From Pyrococcus abyssi GE5 (GTDB lineage: Archaea; Methanobacteriota_B; Thermococci; Thermococcales; Thermococcaceae), in the NCBI RefSeq assembly GCF_000195935.2, contig NC_000868.1:1437742-1461741 (forward strand): a DNA stretch of 24,000 bases, given 5' to 3'. The position numbers and the translations under genes were made by a program. The notes beneath the pieces were generated by a model. That model worked only from the letters and a program-made list of their open reading frames with translations, did no database searches and was not told the origin of the DNA. This document shows, piece after piece, positions 15,685 through 24,000 of the stretch. Position 1 is the stretch's first letter, and each line of letters begins with the position of its first letter.

Positions 15685-16158
15685 TCAGATCTTGAAGATT
15701 AGAACCCTCCTCTTTCCGTTCTTGAGGACAACTTGGAGCCTGTGGTAGCCAGCGCTTAGCGCGTTCCCTAGGGTCACTTTTATTACTCCGACCTCTCCGG
15801 GGTTCAGTGAGGTTATTGAATTCCCGTTTACATCCGTGAACGTGAGGTTGGCCGAAGGAATTATGTTGCCATCGATGAATACCTGAACCGAATTAGGGTT
15901 GAAAGAAATAATGTCCTTTCCAACGTTCTTGATGTAAAATGTATAATTGTAAGGCCCCGTTCCACTAACGGGGATATTGTTGGGATCGTTGATTATCGCG
16001 AAGTCAACCCTCAAGCTATCCGCGAGCATTTCGCCCCTGTCCTTCATACTATTAGCGAGATCTGTGGTAACGTATGCCAATGCCCCGGCGACGCTACCGG
16101 CTATGATCACTGCAACTATGAACATTATTAGTTCGCTTGCAGGCCCTCCAGCTGACAT
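15685..16158 (-). CDS. flaG: Archaellum stator-associated protein FlaG/ArlG
   Basis: N-terminal TM ELIMFIVAVIIAGSVAGALAYV followed by a beta-rich domain. The track start at 16179 is GTG. ATG 16158 has GGTGA 4 nt upstream and overlaps the flaF stop (TGATG), so it is preferred. Confidence 0.8.
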   Translation of the reverse strand: MSAGGPASELIMFIVAVIIAGSVAGALAYVTTDLANSMKDRGEMLADSLRVDFAIINDPNNIPVSGTGPYNYTFYIKNVGKDIISFNPNSVQVFIDGNIIPSANLTFTDVNGNSITSLNPGEVGVIKVTLGNALSAGYHRLQVVLKNGKRRVLIFKI

Positions 16159-16625
16159 CAGCTCACCCCCAGTGGGCACTGGATTGAAACCGAGTCAACA
16201 ACATATGCGGTTCCATTGTAATGATAGGCTATGATCGTGATGCAACCGTTATTGAAAGCCAGCGTCAAGTGATTTAAGCTACCACTAGTATCTCCCCCAG
16301 GAACGGTTATCGTATAGCTCGCCCCAGGAATTAGATAGGACACATCCACGGATGAGACGTAAATTCCATTGTGGAGGACATCGATTTTACCCTCAAGGGT
16401 TTGACCTAAGTAAGTGAACGTGACATCAACATGAGTAGCGTTCACATATGAAACCGAGACATTACCAACATCGAAGTGAAGCTGGGAACTACGAAGGGAA
16501 TACCAAAACTCCTTAGCGGCCTGAACCTCAAGGTAACTGTTTTCCCAGGCCACATAGAGAGTCCCTAGACCCACTAAAAAAGAAATTAGGATTATCGCTG
16601 CACTCGCTGAGACGCTGAACCCCAA
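16158..16625 (-). CDS. flaF: Archaellum S-layer-binding stator protein FlaF/ArlF
   Basis: The characteristic N-terminus MGFSVSASAAIILISFLVG followed by a beta-sandwich-like sequence. TTG start with a strong GGAGGGG RBS at 6-nt spacing. Confidence 0.8.
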   Translation of the reverse strand: MGFSVSASAAIILISFLVGLGTLYVAWENSYLEVQAAKEFWYSLRSSQLHFDVGNVSVSYVNATHVDVTFTYLGQTLEGKIDVLHNGIYVSSVDVSYLIPGASYTITVPGGDTSGSLNHLTLAFNNGCITIIAYHYNGTAYVVDSVSIQCPLGVS

Positions 16626-16643
16626 TGGTTACCCCTCCAGGAT

Positions 16644-17903
16644 TTAGACCCCGTAGAACTCATCTAGGGTCTTCTCTAGCATCTTCACCTCCCTTTCTAG
16701 CTTGTCCAAGACGTCCCTCGTGATCCTGAGTCCCCTGAGCCTCTCGATGAAGAGTAAGCTTATTAGGTGATCCTGAACCGTGAGCTTTTCAGCTGGCTTC
16801 CACTCGGGATCCCTGTGGTGTGGCCTCGTTCCCCTGGCGAACCTAAGGAGCTGGTTCAAAACCTTTTCACTTATCCAGCCGATCTCGTAGTAGAACTCGA
16901 GAACCTTCTCGAGATTCTGTATACCGACCCTGTCGATGAGGAAGCCCAGCCACTTCAGCGCTATCATAACGGAGACAACATCTTCTGGAATTTCTTCGAG
17001 CCTTGCCTTCTTTGGTTCTTCCTCGAAGAGGATGCTCGCGATGTCCTCTGGTATCTTCATCTTTTCGGCCATTTCACCCACCTCCTTTTCCTCAACAACT
17101 TCGGGATGAGCTTCCTCAACAACCTCAACAGGTTTTTCCTCCTCGGTAACAACCTCCTCAACGGGCTTCTCCTCTAAAACCTCAACCTCCTCAGGAACAA
17201 CTTCCTCAACTTTGGGCTTTTCCTCTTCAACTTCAACAACTTCTTCAACGGGCTTCTCCTCAATGACCTCTTCAACAACCTCCTCCTCGGGAACGACTTC
17301 TTCAGGCTTCTTGGCTTCCTCCTCCAAGGCCTCAACCTTCTCGGCCAATTCGCTAACTTCTTCGGCGGTAACTTCCTCTCCCTTCTCTATCTTCTCCTCC
17401 AACTCCTCAACTCTCTTCTTGGCCTCCTCAAGCTTCTCGCCGGCTATCTTCTCTTCTAAAGCTTCCACCTTCTCGTGAATTTCTTCAAGCTTCTTCACTA
17501 TCTCTGGCCTCTCCTCGGGCTTCTTCTCAAGCAGCTCCTCGATCTTGCTGACCTTCTCAGTAACTTCAACCGCCTTCTCGGCTATTTCCTCGGCCTTCTT
17601 CTCGTGAACCGCGAACTTCTTCTCCTCAAGGGCCTCAACGAGTCTTGAAAGTTGGGAGCTAAGTTCGCTCAACTTCTTTCCGAGCTCATCGACCCTCTTG
17701 CTTATCTGCTCGTACTTTGCAGCCTGGCTTCCATACGCGTCGAGGACCCTCTTTATTATCTCGTCGAGCTGTTTTGGCGTTAGGGAATCCTTCTTTGCCA
17801 TTAGCTTCTCCTTGAGCTCGTTGATGACAACGCTGGGAACCTTACCCTTGAGCTCTGCAAGCTTTGCGTTTATCTCTGCATCGGTGACATAGCCGACTTC
17901 CAT
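16644..17903 (-). CDS. flaD: Archaellum motor-switch accessory protein FlaD/E (ArlD) with long coiled-coil and acidic linker
   Basis: The C-terminal ~110 aa (EEIPEDVVSVMIALKWLGFLIDRVGIQNLEKVLEFYYEIGWISEKV...) match the FlaD/FlaE domain. The N-terminal part is coiled coil plus an E/V/K/P low-complexity region. Position after flaC. Confidence 0.85.
   Translation of the reverse strand: MEVGYVTDAEINAKLAELKGKVPSVVINELKEKLMAKKDSLTPKQLDEIIKRVLDAYGSQAAKYEQISKRVDELGKKLSELSSQLSRLVEALEEKKFAVHEKKAEEIAEKAVEVTEKVSKIEELLEKKPEERPEIVKKLEEIHEKVEALEEKIAGEKLEEAKKRVEELEEKIEKGEEVTAEEVSELAEKVEALEEEAKKPEEVVPEEEVVEEVIEEKPVEEVVEVEEEKPKVEEVVPEEVEVLEEKPVEEVVTEEEKPVEVVEEAHPEVVEEKEVGEMAEKMKIPEDIASILFEEEPKKARLEEIPEDVVSVMIALKWLGFLIDRVGIQNLEKVLEFYYEIGWISEKVLNQLLRFARGTRPHHRDPEWKPAEKLTVQDHLISLLFIERLRGLRITRDVLDKLEREVKMLEKTLDEFYGV
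17079..17318 (-). repeat. Imperfect tandem coding repeats (EEKPVEEVV-type units) in flaD
   Basis: EEKPVEEVV occurs twice and EEKPVEVV once within aa ~196-275. The DNA shows recurring CCTCAACAACYTC-like units. The antisense Ser-rich ORFs here are artefacts. Confidence 0.7.
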
Positions 17904-17906
17904 GCC

Positions 17907-18389
17907 TCACACCTCCGCGAGGACTTCATAGAGGATTGAATCTATGTCGACACCATATCCAGCGAGCACCTTTATATCGTTCTTTATCTGTGCCAGCTCC
18001 ATCCTTATCTCCTCTATCTGCTTCCTGAGCTCTTGAACTTCACTGCTCAGTGAAGATTCTTGGCTTAGCTGTTCCTTGAAGGGGTTGATCTCCTGGGAGA
18101 CTACTTCGTAGAGCATCATTATGTCCTTGATCGTCTTGTCAAGTCTCTCTATCTCCTCCCTTATCTCCTGGATCTGCTTCTTTATGTTGTCGATGCTTAT
18201 CTTGACCCTGGGAAGATCGTTCTCTATCTCATTGAGCCTCTCCATTATCTGCTCAATCTGCTCGTTCTGCTCCCTTTCCTCAACCCTACTCTCCAGCTCT
18301 TCAACCGTTACTTCCTCGAACGTTGTTCCCTCTCTCTTTTCCTCTTCCTTCTTTTTCTTAAATAGGGAAGATAAGAAGTCGAGGGCCAT
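17907..18389 (-). CDS. flaC: Archaellum accessory coiled-coil protein FlaC/ArlC
   Basis: 160 aa, strongly helical and charged. First gene after the flagellin genes. RBS GGTGAGGG upstream of the ATG. Confidence 0.8.
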   Translation of the reverse strand: MALDFLSSLFKKKKEEEKREGTTFEEVTVEELESRVEEREQNEQIEQIMERLNEIENDLPRVKISIDNIKKQIQEIREEIERLDKTIKDIMMLYEVVSQEINPFKEQLSQESSLSSEVQELRKQIEEIRMELAQIKNDIKVLAGYGVDIDSILYEVLAEV

Positions 18390-18400
18390 CGGCCCTCACC

Positions 18401-19069
18401 TCACTGGAGCTCAATACCCTCACTGGAGTAAGTAGCTGGAGTTATTAAGTCGATAACAGTTCCTGCACCGTGTGGTGGCAGTATCTTACCGACCACCTTT
18501 GTGTTAGGCGGAATTCCCCCGTATTTGTTAAAAGCCAATTTAGTGTTAATTAGCAGTACTGCTAAATCTCCCGAGTTCATTCCCGGTGATGCCTTGTTGG
18601 AAAGCATGCTTTTATCGCTATCAACCACAACTCCCACTCCAAACTTTGTTCCGTTAATATTTTCCCATATGGTTTCATTAAAGACATTAACTGCACCATT
18701 CGTCCAGTCTGCAACGGTATCCTCTCCACCAAAGGTAAATATGACCATCGTTGACTTTACTGTGAGTATTATCCTTGTCTGGTTGAGGTTTATGGGTTCA
18801 CTTCCAGCGTTGGGAGCTATGTATATGGCGAGTTTGGTAATATTGCTCTGAATGGTGGTATTGCCAGTAGTATTCTTAGGGGCATAGCCCCAGATTGAGA
18901 TTATTCTGAGACCACTTGAAACATCCCTTGTAGTCTCTAGGCCTACAGACATTGCCCTTTGCTGGAGATATCCAGAAGTGCTAATGAGCACTCCCGCTGC
19001 TACTGCCGCTACTAAAACCATTGCGATGAAAACTATCAACGTGCCAATGCCGATCGCACCTCTCCTCAT
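18401..19069 (-). CDS. flaB: Archaellin (flagellin) FlaB/ArlB, copy 3
   Basis: Class III signal peptide MRRG|[25 protein letters not shown], with several N-x-S/T sequons. The track start at 19078 is GTG. ATG 19069 is preceded by GGTGA at 5 nt. Confidence 0.9.
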   Translation of the reverse strand: MRRGAIGIGTLIVFIAMVLVAAVAAGVLISTSGYLQQRAMSVGLETTRDVSSGLRIISIWGYAPKNTTGNTTIQSNITKLAIYIAPNAGSEPINLNQTRIILTVKSTMVIFTFGGEDTVADWTNGAVNVFNETIWENINGTKFGVGVVVDSDKSMLSNKASPGMNSGDLAVLLINTKLAFNKYGGIPPNTKVVGKILPPHGAGTVIDLITPATYSSEGIELQ

Positions 19070-19079
19070 TGCTCTCACC

Positions 19080-19739
19080 TCACTGGAGTACCATCACCCG
19101 GTAGTTATATGTTGAGGGTGTTGTGAAGTCTATAACACCTGCAGCCCCAACTTCGGGAATTACCTTCCCAACTATCCTAGTACCAGGACCGATTCCTCTA
19201 CGGTTATCCTCTGTTTCAAAAACTGTTGTCCTGAGGAGTAGTGCCACGGTATCTCCCCATTCTAAGTTTGGATAATCTTTGTCCATTTTGTTCCCACTGT
19301 CGTTAATGACCGCTATTCCGAAGGTTGTATCGGTAATGTTGTTCCATATCGTAACGATAGAATCATTGAACAAGTCGCTTATCTGTTTGTCATAAAGCAA
19401 TCCCTTGCTATAATTATAGACAACGAGTTTCTTGCCATCGCTGAGAACAATTTTCACGTTACTGAGGGATATCCCCCCACTCCCTGCGTTAGGTGAGACG
19501 AATATTGCCATCTTGGTTATTGTGCCATTACTAGGGACAGAGGAGTTTACGTAACCATAGATGTTGATGATCTTTATCCCACTGGAAACCTCTTGGGTTG
19601 TCTGCATGCCTGTAGCCTGTGCCTTCTGTTGAAGATAACCAGCTGTTCCAATGATAACTCCCGCCGCTACTGCCGCTACTAGAACCATTGCAATGAAGAC
19701 AATGAGCGTTCCTATGCCTATTGCACCCTTTCTGTGCAT
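19080..19739 (-). CDS. flaB: Archaellin (flagellin) FlaB/ArlB, copy 2
   Basis: MHRKG|[25 protein letters not shown]. The track start at 19754 is TTG. ATG 19739 follows GGTGA at 4 nt. Confidence 0.9.
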   Translation of the reverse strand: MHRKGAIGIGTLIVFIAMVLVAAVAAGVIIGTAGYLQQKAQATGMQTTQEVSSGIKIINIYGYVNSSVPSNGTITKMAIFVSPNAGSGGISLSNVKIVLSDGKKLVVYNYSKGLLYDKQISDLFNDSIVTIWNNITDTTFGIAVINDSGNKMDKDYPNLEWGDTVALLLRTTVFETEDNRRGIGPGTRIVGKVIPEVGAAGVIDFTTPSTYNYRVMVLQ

Positions 19740-19767
19740 AGTATCACCCCTCAAAGAAATTAATGTT

Positions 19768-19790
19768 AAAATCGAAAGAGAGGTAAAAAG
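19768..19790 (-). terminator. T-runs (CCTTTTTACC ... GATTTTAAC on the minus strand) in the unusually long gap after the first flaB
   Basis: Read directly. It lies within the largest intergenic gap of the flaB-to-surface-protein gene series, 52 nt by track coordinates or 67 nt using my preferred flaB copy 2 start. The other gaps are 1-18 nt or overlaps. Confidence 0.35.
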
Positions 19791-19806
19791 GCAAGGTTAA
19801 ACGCTG

Positions 19807-20304
19807 TCAGCTACTGGGAACACTATCAAGATCTTTGGTTACAGTGAATGGAGTTGGTGAACCAACGTTAGGAACGATTTCTCCCCGAGCGACGGTCCAA
19901 CCCTCACTCATATTGAATGTTATGAGAATTGTTGATCCTGGTTGTACAATGTCGCCGTTAATCTCTCCTACCAGAGGTTTTGCAGAGAAATTTGTGGTGT
20001 TAGCAGTACTACCATATGTGAGTTGCTTTCCGTTTACGATTATAACTGTCCTGCTAATGTCGACGGGATAGCTCCCCGTTGGTAGGGTTACTAGAAGGTT
20101 TATCGTATTGGTGCCTGTTACATAGGCGTCCTTGAGAATAAAACCAGTCGAAACTTGCCTGGTCTGCTCCTTACCTACTGTTGAAGCCCTAGTCTGGAGG
20201 AAGCCGCTCGTGTTTATGAGAACTGCTGCAGCTACTGCAGCCACTAACACCATGGCAATAAACACTATTAGGGTACCAATACCAATCGCACCTCTTCTTG
20301 CCAT
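19807..20304 (-). CDS. flaB: Archaellin (flagellin) FlaB/ArlB, copy 1 (short form, promoter-proximal)
   Basis: MARRG|[25 protein letters not shown]. Only ~165 aa, with a C-terminal domain unlike copies 2 and 3. The track start at 20334 is TTG. ATG 20304 has GGGGGTG 9 nt upstream. Confidence 0.85.
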   Translation of the reverse strand: MARRGAIGIGTLIVFIAMVLVAAVAAAVLINTSGFLQTRASTVGKEQTRQVSTGFILKDAYVTGTNTINLLVTLPTGSYPVDISRTVIIVNGKQLTYGSTANTTNFSAKPLVGEINGDIVQPGSTILITFNMSEGWTVARGEIVPNVGSPTPFTVTKDLDSVPSS

Positions 20305-20342
20305 TTGCCATGCACCCCCTTGGAGGTTTTTCAATATTTTCT

Positions 20343-20370
20343 AAAAATGGCTGGATATAAAACCATTTTT
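20343..20370 (-). promoter_or_regulatory. Candidate flaB promoter: TATA box TTTTATAT (20355-20362, minus) bracketed by the inverted repeat AAAAATGG / CCATTTTT
   Basis: Read directly. The TATA box is ~50 nt upstream of ATG 20304. The 8-bp arms (20343-20350 and 20363-20370) flank a 12-bp spacer containing it. Confidence 0.4.
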
Positions 20371-20400
20371 TGTGTGTGGAAGTGCCTGTAAAAGTTGAAC

Positions 20401-20424
20401 TACATATGTAGGTACATATGTAGG
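20401..20424. promoter_or_regulatory. Tandem repeat of the 10-bp palindrome TACATATGTA (TACATATGTAGG x2), giving four TACATA hexamers; candidate EarA-type activator site
   Basis: Read directly. About 40 bp upstream of the candidate flaB TATA box. TACATA is the hexamer I recall as the EarA binding consensus upstream of the Methanococcus maripaludis fla promoter. Confidence 0.55.
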
Positions 20425-20434
20425 TTATCGACAT

Positions 20435-20449
20435 CAAAAAAGAATAAAA
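20435..20449 (-). terminator. Oligo-T terminator (TTTTATTCTTTTTTG on the minus strand) immediately after the methyltransferase stop
   Basis: Read directly. It separates the regulator-methyltransferase unit from the flaB promoter. Confidence 0.5.
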
Positions 20450-21412
20450 TCAGAGCTTCCTAACGAGGAGAACGGACTTCCCGTAGTCCTCGAAGCTGAC
20501 GTCGAAGCCCTCCTCGAGTATAATCCTCTTAACTTCCTCCTTGCCAGGGTAACCAACGAAAGAGCTGTTCAATCCTTCAAAGAACTCCATAGCCTCTATG
20601 TTCTTGAACTCGTCCCTGAAGGCGTCAACTATTACCAGCTTCCCGCCGGAGTCCAAAGCTTCGAGAACCTTCCTGAGCACTTCCCTCCTATCTTTGACGT
20701 ACTCCAGGAGGAAGCTCATTATAGCTACATCGTACTTAGTCCTGGGCTTTATCAAGCTAACATCCATCTCCTTCAGCTCAACTGGCAAACCTTCCCTCTC
20801 CACCCTCTGCCTCGCTATCTCCAGCAGGCCGGGAGAGTAATCAACTCCTAAGTATTTCCCATCCTCGCTTATGAACTTCCCAAAGTAGCTCGGCGACACG
20901 GAGCCACAACCTAAGTCCAAGACGTAGCTCTCCCTGTTTATCTCGCCCAGGTTAACTATAACGTCCCTGTATATCTTGTTAAACGACGAGGATAGCCTGA
21001 GGTCCCAGAAGTCAGCATCCTTGTCGAAGTCCATTAAAACGTAGGGGTGGTCATAGGATATCAGTGCGAAGTCGATCATCTTATATATCTCCTCCCAAAG
21101 GGGAATCCAATCCGAGAGTAGAAGCATGTAATCTTCCTTGGGGAAGGTAAGCACGTAGGAGAAGCCGTTCAAGATTAAGCTGTTGGGAGTCTCCTCAATT
21201 ATCCCGAGGGCCTTTAAGTGCTCTATGAGCCTTTTGAGGAGGGGCTTGTTTGGAACTTGAATCTGGGATAAGAGCTCAGCGTAACTTGGTCTAGATGCCA
21301 CGGCTTTGAATATGCCATATTTTATACCGAGTTGGGCAAGGTTCAGCACGCTTAGGCTTATCATGTGGTTAATGTTAGTGTCTATGGTCCTTATTAGCTC
21401 ATTTACTCCCAT
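20450..21412 (-). CDS. Class I SAM-dependent methyltransferase with N-terminal wHTH-like/dimerisation domain, fla-operon associated
   Basis: Motif I VLDLGCGSVSP, then a DVAIMSFLLEYV motif and a GGKLVIVDAF motif. The track start at 21469 overlaps the upstream gene. ATG 21412 follows GAGGTGTTGAGG and gives MGVNELIRTID. Confidence 0.85.
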   Translation of the reverse strand: MGVNELIRTIDTNINHMISLSVLNLAQLGIKYGIFKAVASRPSYAELLSQIQVPNKPLLKRLIEHLKALGIIEETPNSLILNGFSYVLTFPKEDYMLLLSDWIPLWEEIYKMIDFALISYDHPYVLMDFDKDADFWDLRLSSSFNKIYRDVIVNLGEINRESYVLDLGCGSVSPSYFGKFISEDGKYLGVDYSPGLLEIARQRVEREGLPVELKEMDVSLIKPRTKYDVAIMSFLLEYVKDRREVLRKVLEALDSGGKLVIVDAFRDEFKNIEAMEFFEGLNSSFVGYPGKEEVKRIILEEGFDVSFEDYGKSVLLVRKL

Positions 21413-21422
21413 CCTCAACACC

Positions 21423-21749
21423 TCACATGAATTTTCTGTAGTAGGCTTGGTAATCCCTAAGCATCTCAACTACCTTTTTCCCATACTCGGTCAGCCTGTA
21501 GTATTTGAACCCGTTGTTCCTTATCTCCTCTACGAGGCCAAGGTAAACAAGGGAGCTTTCACCATTGTAACGGTTCCCCAAACCAACCAACGCACCCCTC
21601 ACGTTGGAAGGATCCGACCCAACAACCCTCGCTATCTCGCTAAGGTAAGTGGCAGAAGGGTATATCTCGTAGAGGTACTGGAGGATTCTCCTCCGAAGCT
21701 CGCTCCTGTGTAGTGATCGCAAGACGTGAGGGTCAATCACTGGTGGCAC
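21423..21749 (-). CDS. Small winged-helix DNA-binding protein, candidate archaellum regulator (EarA-like)
   Basis: 108 aa. The wHTH pattern is RRRILQYLYEIYPSATYLSEIARVVGSDPSNVRGALVGL...LVEEIRNNGFKYYRLTEYGKKV. GTG start with GGTGA 6 nt upstream. First gene of the fla region. The EarA assignment is inference. Confidence 0.7.
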   Translation of the reverse strand: MPPVIDPHVLRSLHRSELRRRILQYLYEIYPSATYLSEIARVVGSDPSNVRGALVGLGNRYNGESSLVYLGLVEEIRNNGFKYYRLTEYGKKVVEMLRDYQAYYRKFM

Positions 21750-21775
21750 TGGGCATCACCTTTGGACCTTTTTTA

Positions 21776-21810
21776 CCCCTATATAATAATGCATGCAAAA
21801 TTAATAAAGG
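21776..21810. promoter_or_regulatory. Divergent promoter region with back-to-back TATA-like boxes
   Basis: TATATAAT (21780-21787, plus) and TTTATTAA (21801-21808, minus) flank a GCATGC palindrome. The assignment of boxes to genes is unverified. Confidence 0.3.
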
Positions 21811-21890
21811 TTTCGTTGAAAGCTTGGGAAATATCCAATTCAAGAAACCTTAAATACATGGGCGTAGTTGAATTTTTAAGGGAGATCGGA

Positions 21891-23638
<1,748 letters not shown>

Positions 23639-23869
23639 CTAGATGCAGTCCAAATGCTTGACGAAGATTTTAATGTCAAGCACTGGCGTTCCATCAAAAG
23701 CGTCTATCTCATCAATGTATATCTCATTCCCCTCTATCCTTTTGATTCTCACTGTGTACATCGCTATTAGATTCGGTCTTATTGGAGAGCGAGTTGCAAA
23801 TACTCCAATAAGCTATTCCTCGTCAACTAGAACTCTATCTATGCATCCTGTTTCCACCCTCAGTTTCAT
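23639..23869 (-). pseudogene. Degraded TrmO/TsaA (YaeB, UPF0066)-like gene fragment with an in-frame TAG
   Basis: My minus-strand translation gives MKLRVETGCIDRVLVDEE*LIGVFATRSPIRPNLIAMYTVRIKRIEGNEIYIDEIDAFDGTPVLDIKIFVKHLDCI*. The GVFATRSP.RPN and DGTPVLDIK motifs are hallmarks of the TrmO family. The internal stop is at 23813-23815. The N-terminal half is missing or in other frames. The plus-strand track ORF 23643..23879 is its antisense shadow. Confidence 0.55.
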
Positions 23870-24000
23870 AAAGCATTGAGAGCATATAATCGCTTTAATC
23901 CGTCTGGCTTTTTATCATCTCAACTAGTCTTTTCTCGTCGGGGATTGTAGCGTGGTAAAACACTTCTAATGGCATTATGTTGGTTTTGTTTCCCATCTGG

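Noticed and set aside
11877-15702. Plus-strand ORFs inside flaJ, flaI and flaH (11877..12092, 12671..12859, 13574..13909, 14442..14768, 14765..14956, 14935..15315, 15517..15702)
   Set aside because: All are antisense to well-supported fla genes with Walker motifs or TM architecture. They are typical shadow ORFs.
17079-17318. The repetitive DNA in flaD as a CRISPR array or non-coding tandem repeat
   Set aside because: The repeats are short, imperfect, in frame and lie within a continuous ORF that ends in a conserved FlaD/E domain. There is no repeat-spacer periodicity.
15977-18851. Plus-strand ORFs 15977..16234, 16767..17177, 17212..17478, 17698..17892, 18121..18435 and 18501..18851, several strikingly Ser-rich
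   Set aside because: These are antisense readings of the Glu/Lys-rich flaC and flaD genes and of flaG, flaF and flaB. GAA/GAG codons read as TTC/CTC on the opposite strand, and frame-shifted readings give the Ser/Leu/Phe runs. They are not genuine low-complexity proteins.
18418-19090. A 13-nt identity (plus strand CCTCACTGGAGTA; TACTCCAGTGAGG on the coding minus strand) between the flaB2 stop/junction (19078-19090) and the interior of the flaB3 3' end (18418-18430), read in different frames, initially suggesting a frameshifted or duplicated C-terminus in flaB3
   Set aside because: The two C-termini are colinear and of equal length after the conserved TP ([13 protein letters not shown] versus [13 protein letters not shown]). 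No frameshift or extension is therefore needed. It is probably a relic of paralog duplication or gene conversion with no clear functional meaning.
19835-20437. ORFs 19835..20071(+), 20132..20344(+) and 20189..20437(-)
   Set aside because: The first two are antisense to flaB copy 1. The third runs in another frame through the flaB 5' end and its promoter, TACATA element and terminator region. None has RBS support.
5608-21469. Extended N-termini in the ORF track (TTG 5608, TTG 6212, GTG 16179, GTG 19078, TTG 19754, TTG 20334, ATG 21469, GTG 21726, GTG 2700)
   Set aside because: In each case a downstream ATG, or for 6212 a downstream ATG or GTG, has a GGTGA/GGAGG-type RBS at 4-9 nt. That start also gives the canonical N-terminus, for example M-[AHR]-R-[RK]-G-AIGIG for the archaellins. 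The longer versions would run through promoters or upstream genes.

Overview
The window looks like a chromosomal segment from a hyperthermophilic euryarchaeon of the Thermococcales (Pyrococcus/Thermococcus type). Supporting this: GGTGA/GGAGG ribosome-binding sites, AT-rich TATA-type intergenic regions, tightly packed or overlapping genes, and archaellins with the N-terminus '[24 protein letters not shown]'. I see four blocks. (1) 1-5280, minus strand: the promoter-proximal end of a formate hydrogenlyase-type cluster. It encodes a Cys-type molybdopterin formate dehydrogenase alpha subunit, a 4x[4Fe-4S] ferredoxin, and two NuoL/M/N-HycC-like membrane subunits, the last running off the window. 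(2) 5620-9720, plus strand: a compact accessory locus. It encodes a membrane-anchored wHTH protein, two paralogous small secreted proteins, a SipW/Sec11-type signal peptidase I with a large C-terminal extension, a small Cys-rich protein carrying the same N-terminal signature, and a bitopic membrane protein. I read it as an uncharacterised archaeal TasA/AbpA-like (tapA-sipW-tasA-like) extracellular fibre system, and it is the most interesting part of the window. (3) 9704-21749, minus strand: a complete archaellum (fla/arl) region. Its order is wHTH regulator, SAM methyltransferase, three flaB genes, flaC, flaD, flaF, flaG, flaH, flaI, flaJ, then a 642-aa sequon-rich surface protein translationally coupled to flaJ. 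The flaB promoter region carries tandem TACATATGTA palindromes, which match the TACATA element I recall for the archaellum activator EarA. (4) 21891-24000: a coiled-coil protein, a HEAT-repeat protein and a degraded TrmO/TsaA-like pseudogene. I found no rRNA, tRNA, CRISPR array, transposase or integrase. Several N-termini in the ORF track (TTG/GTG-extended) were trimmed to RBS-supported starts. Most other track ORFs are antisense shadows of real genes.
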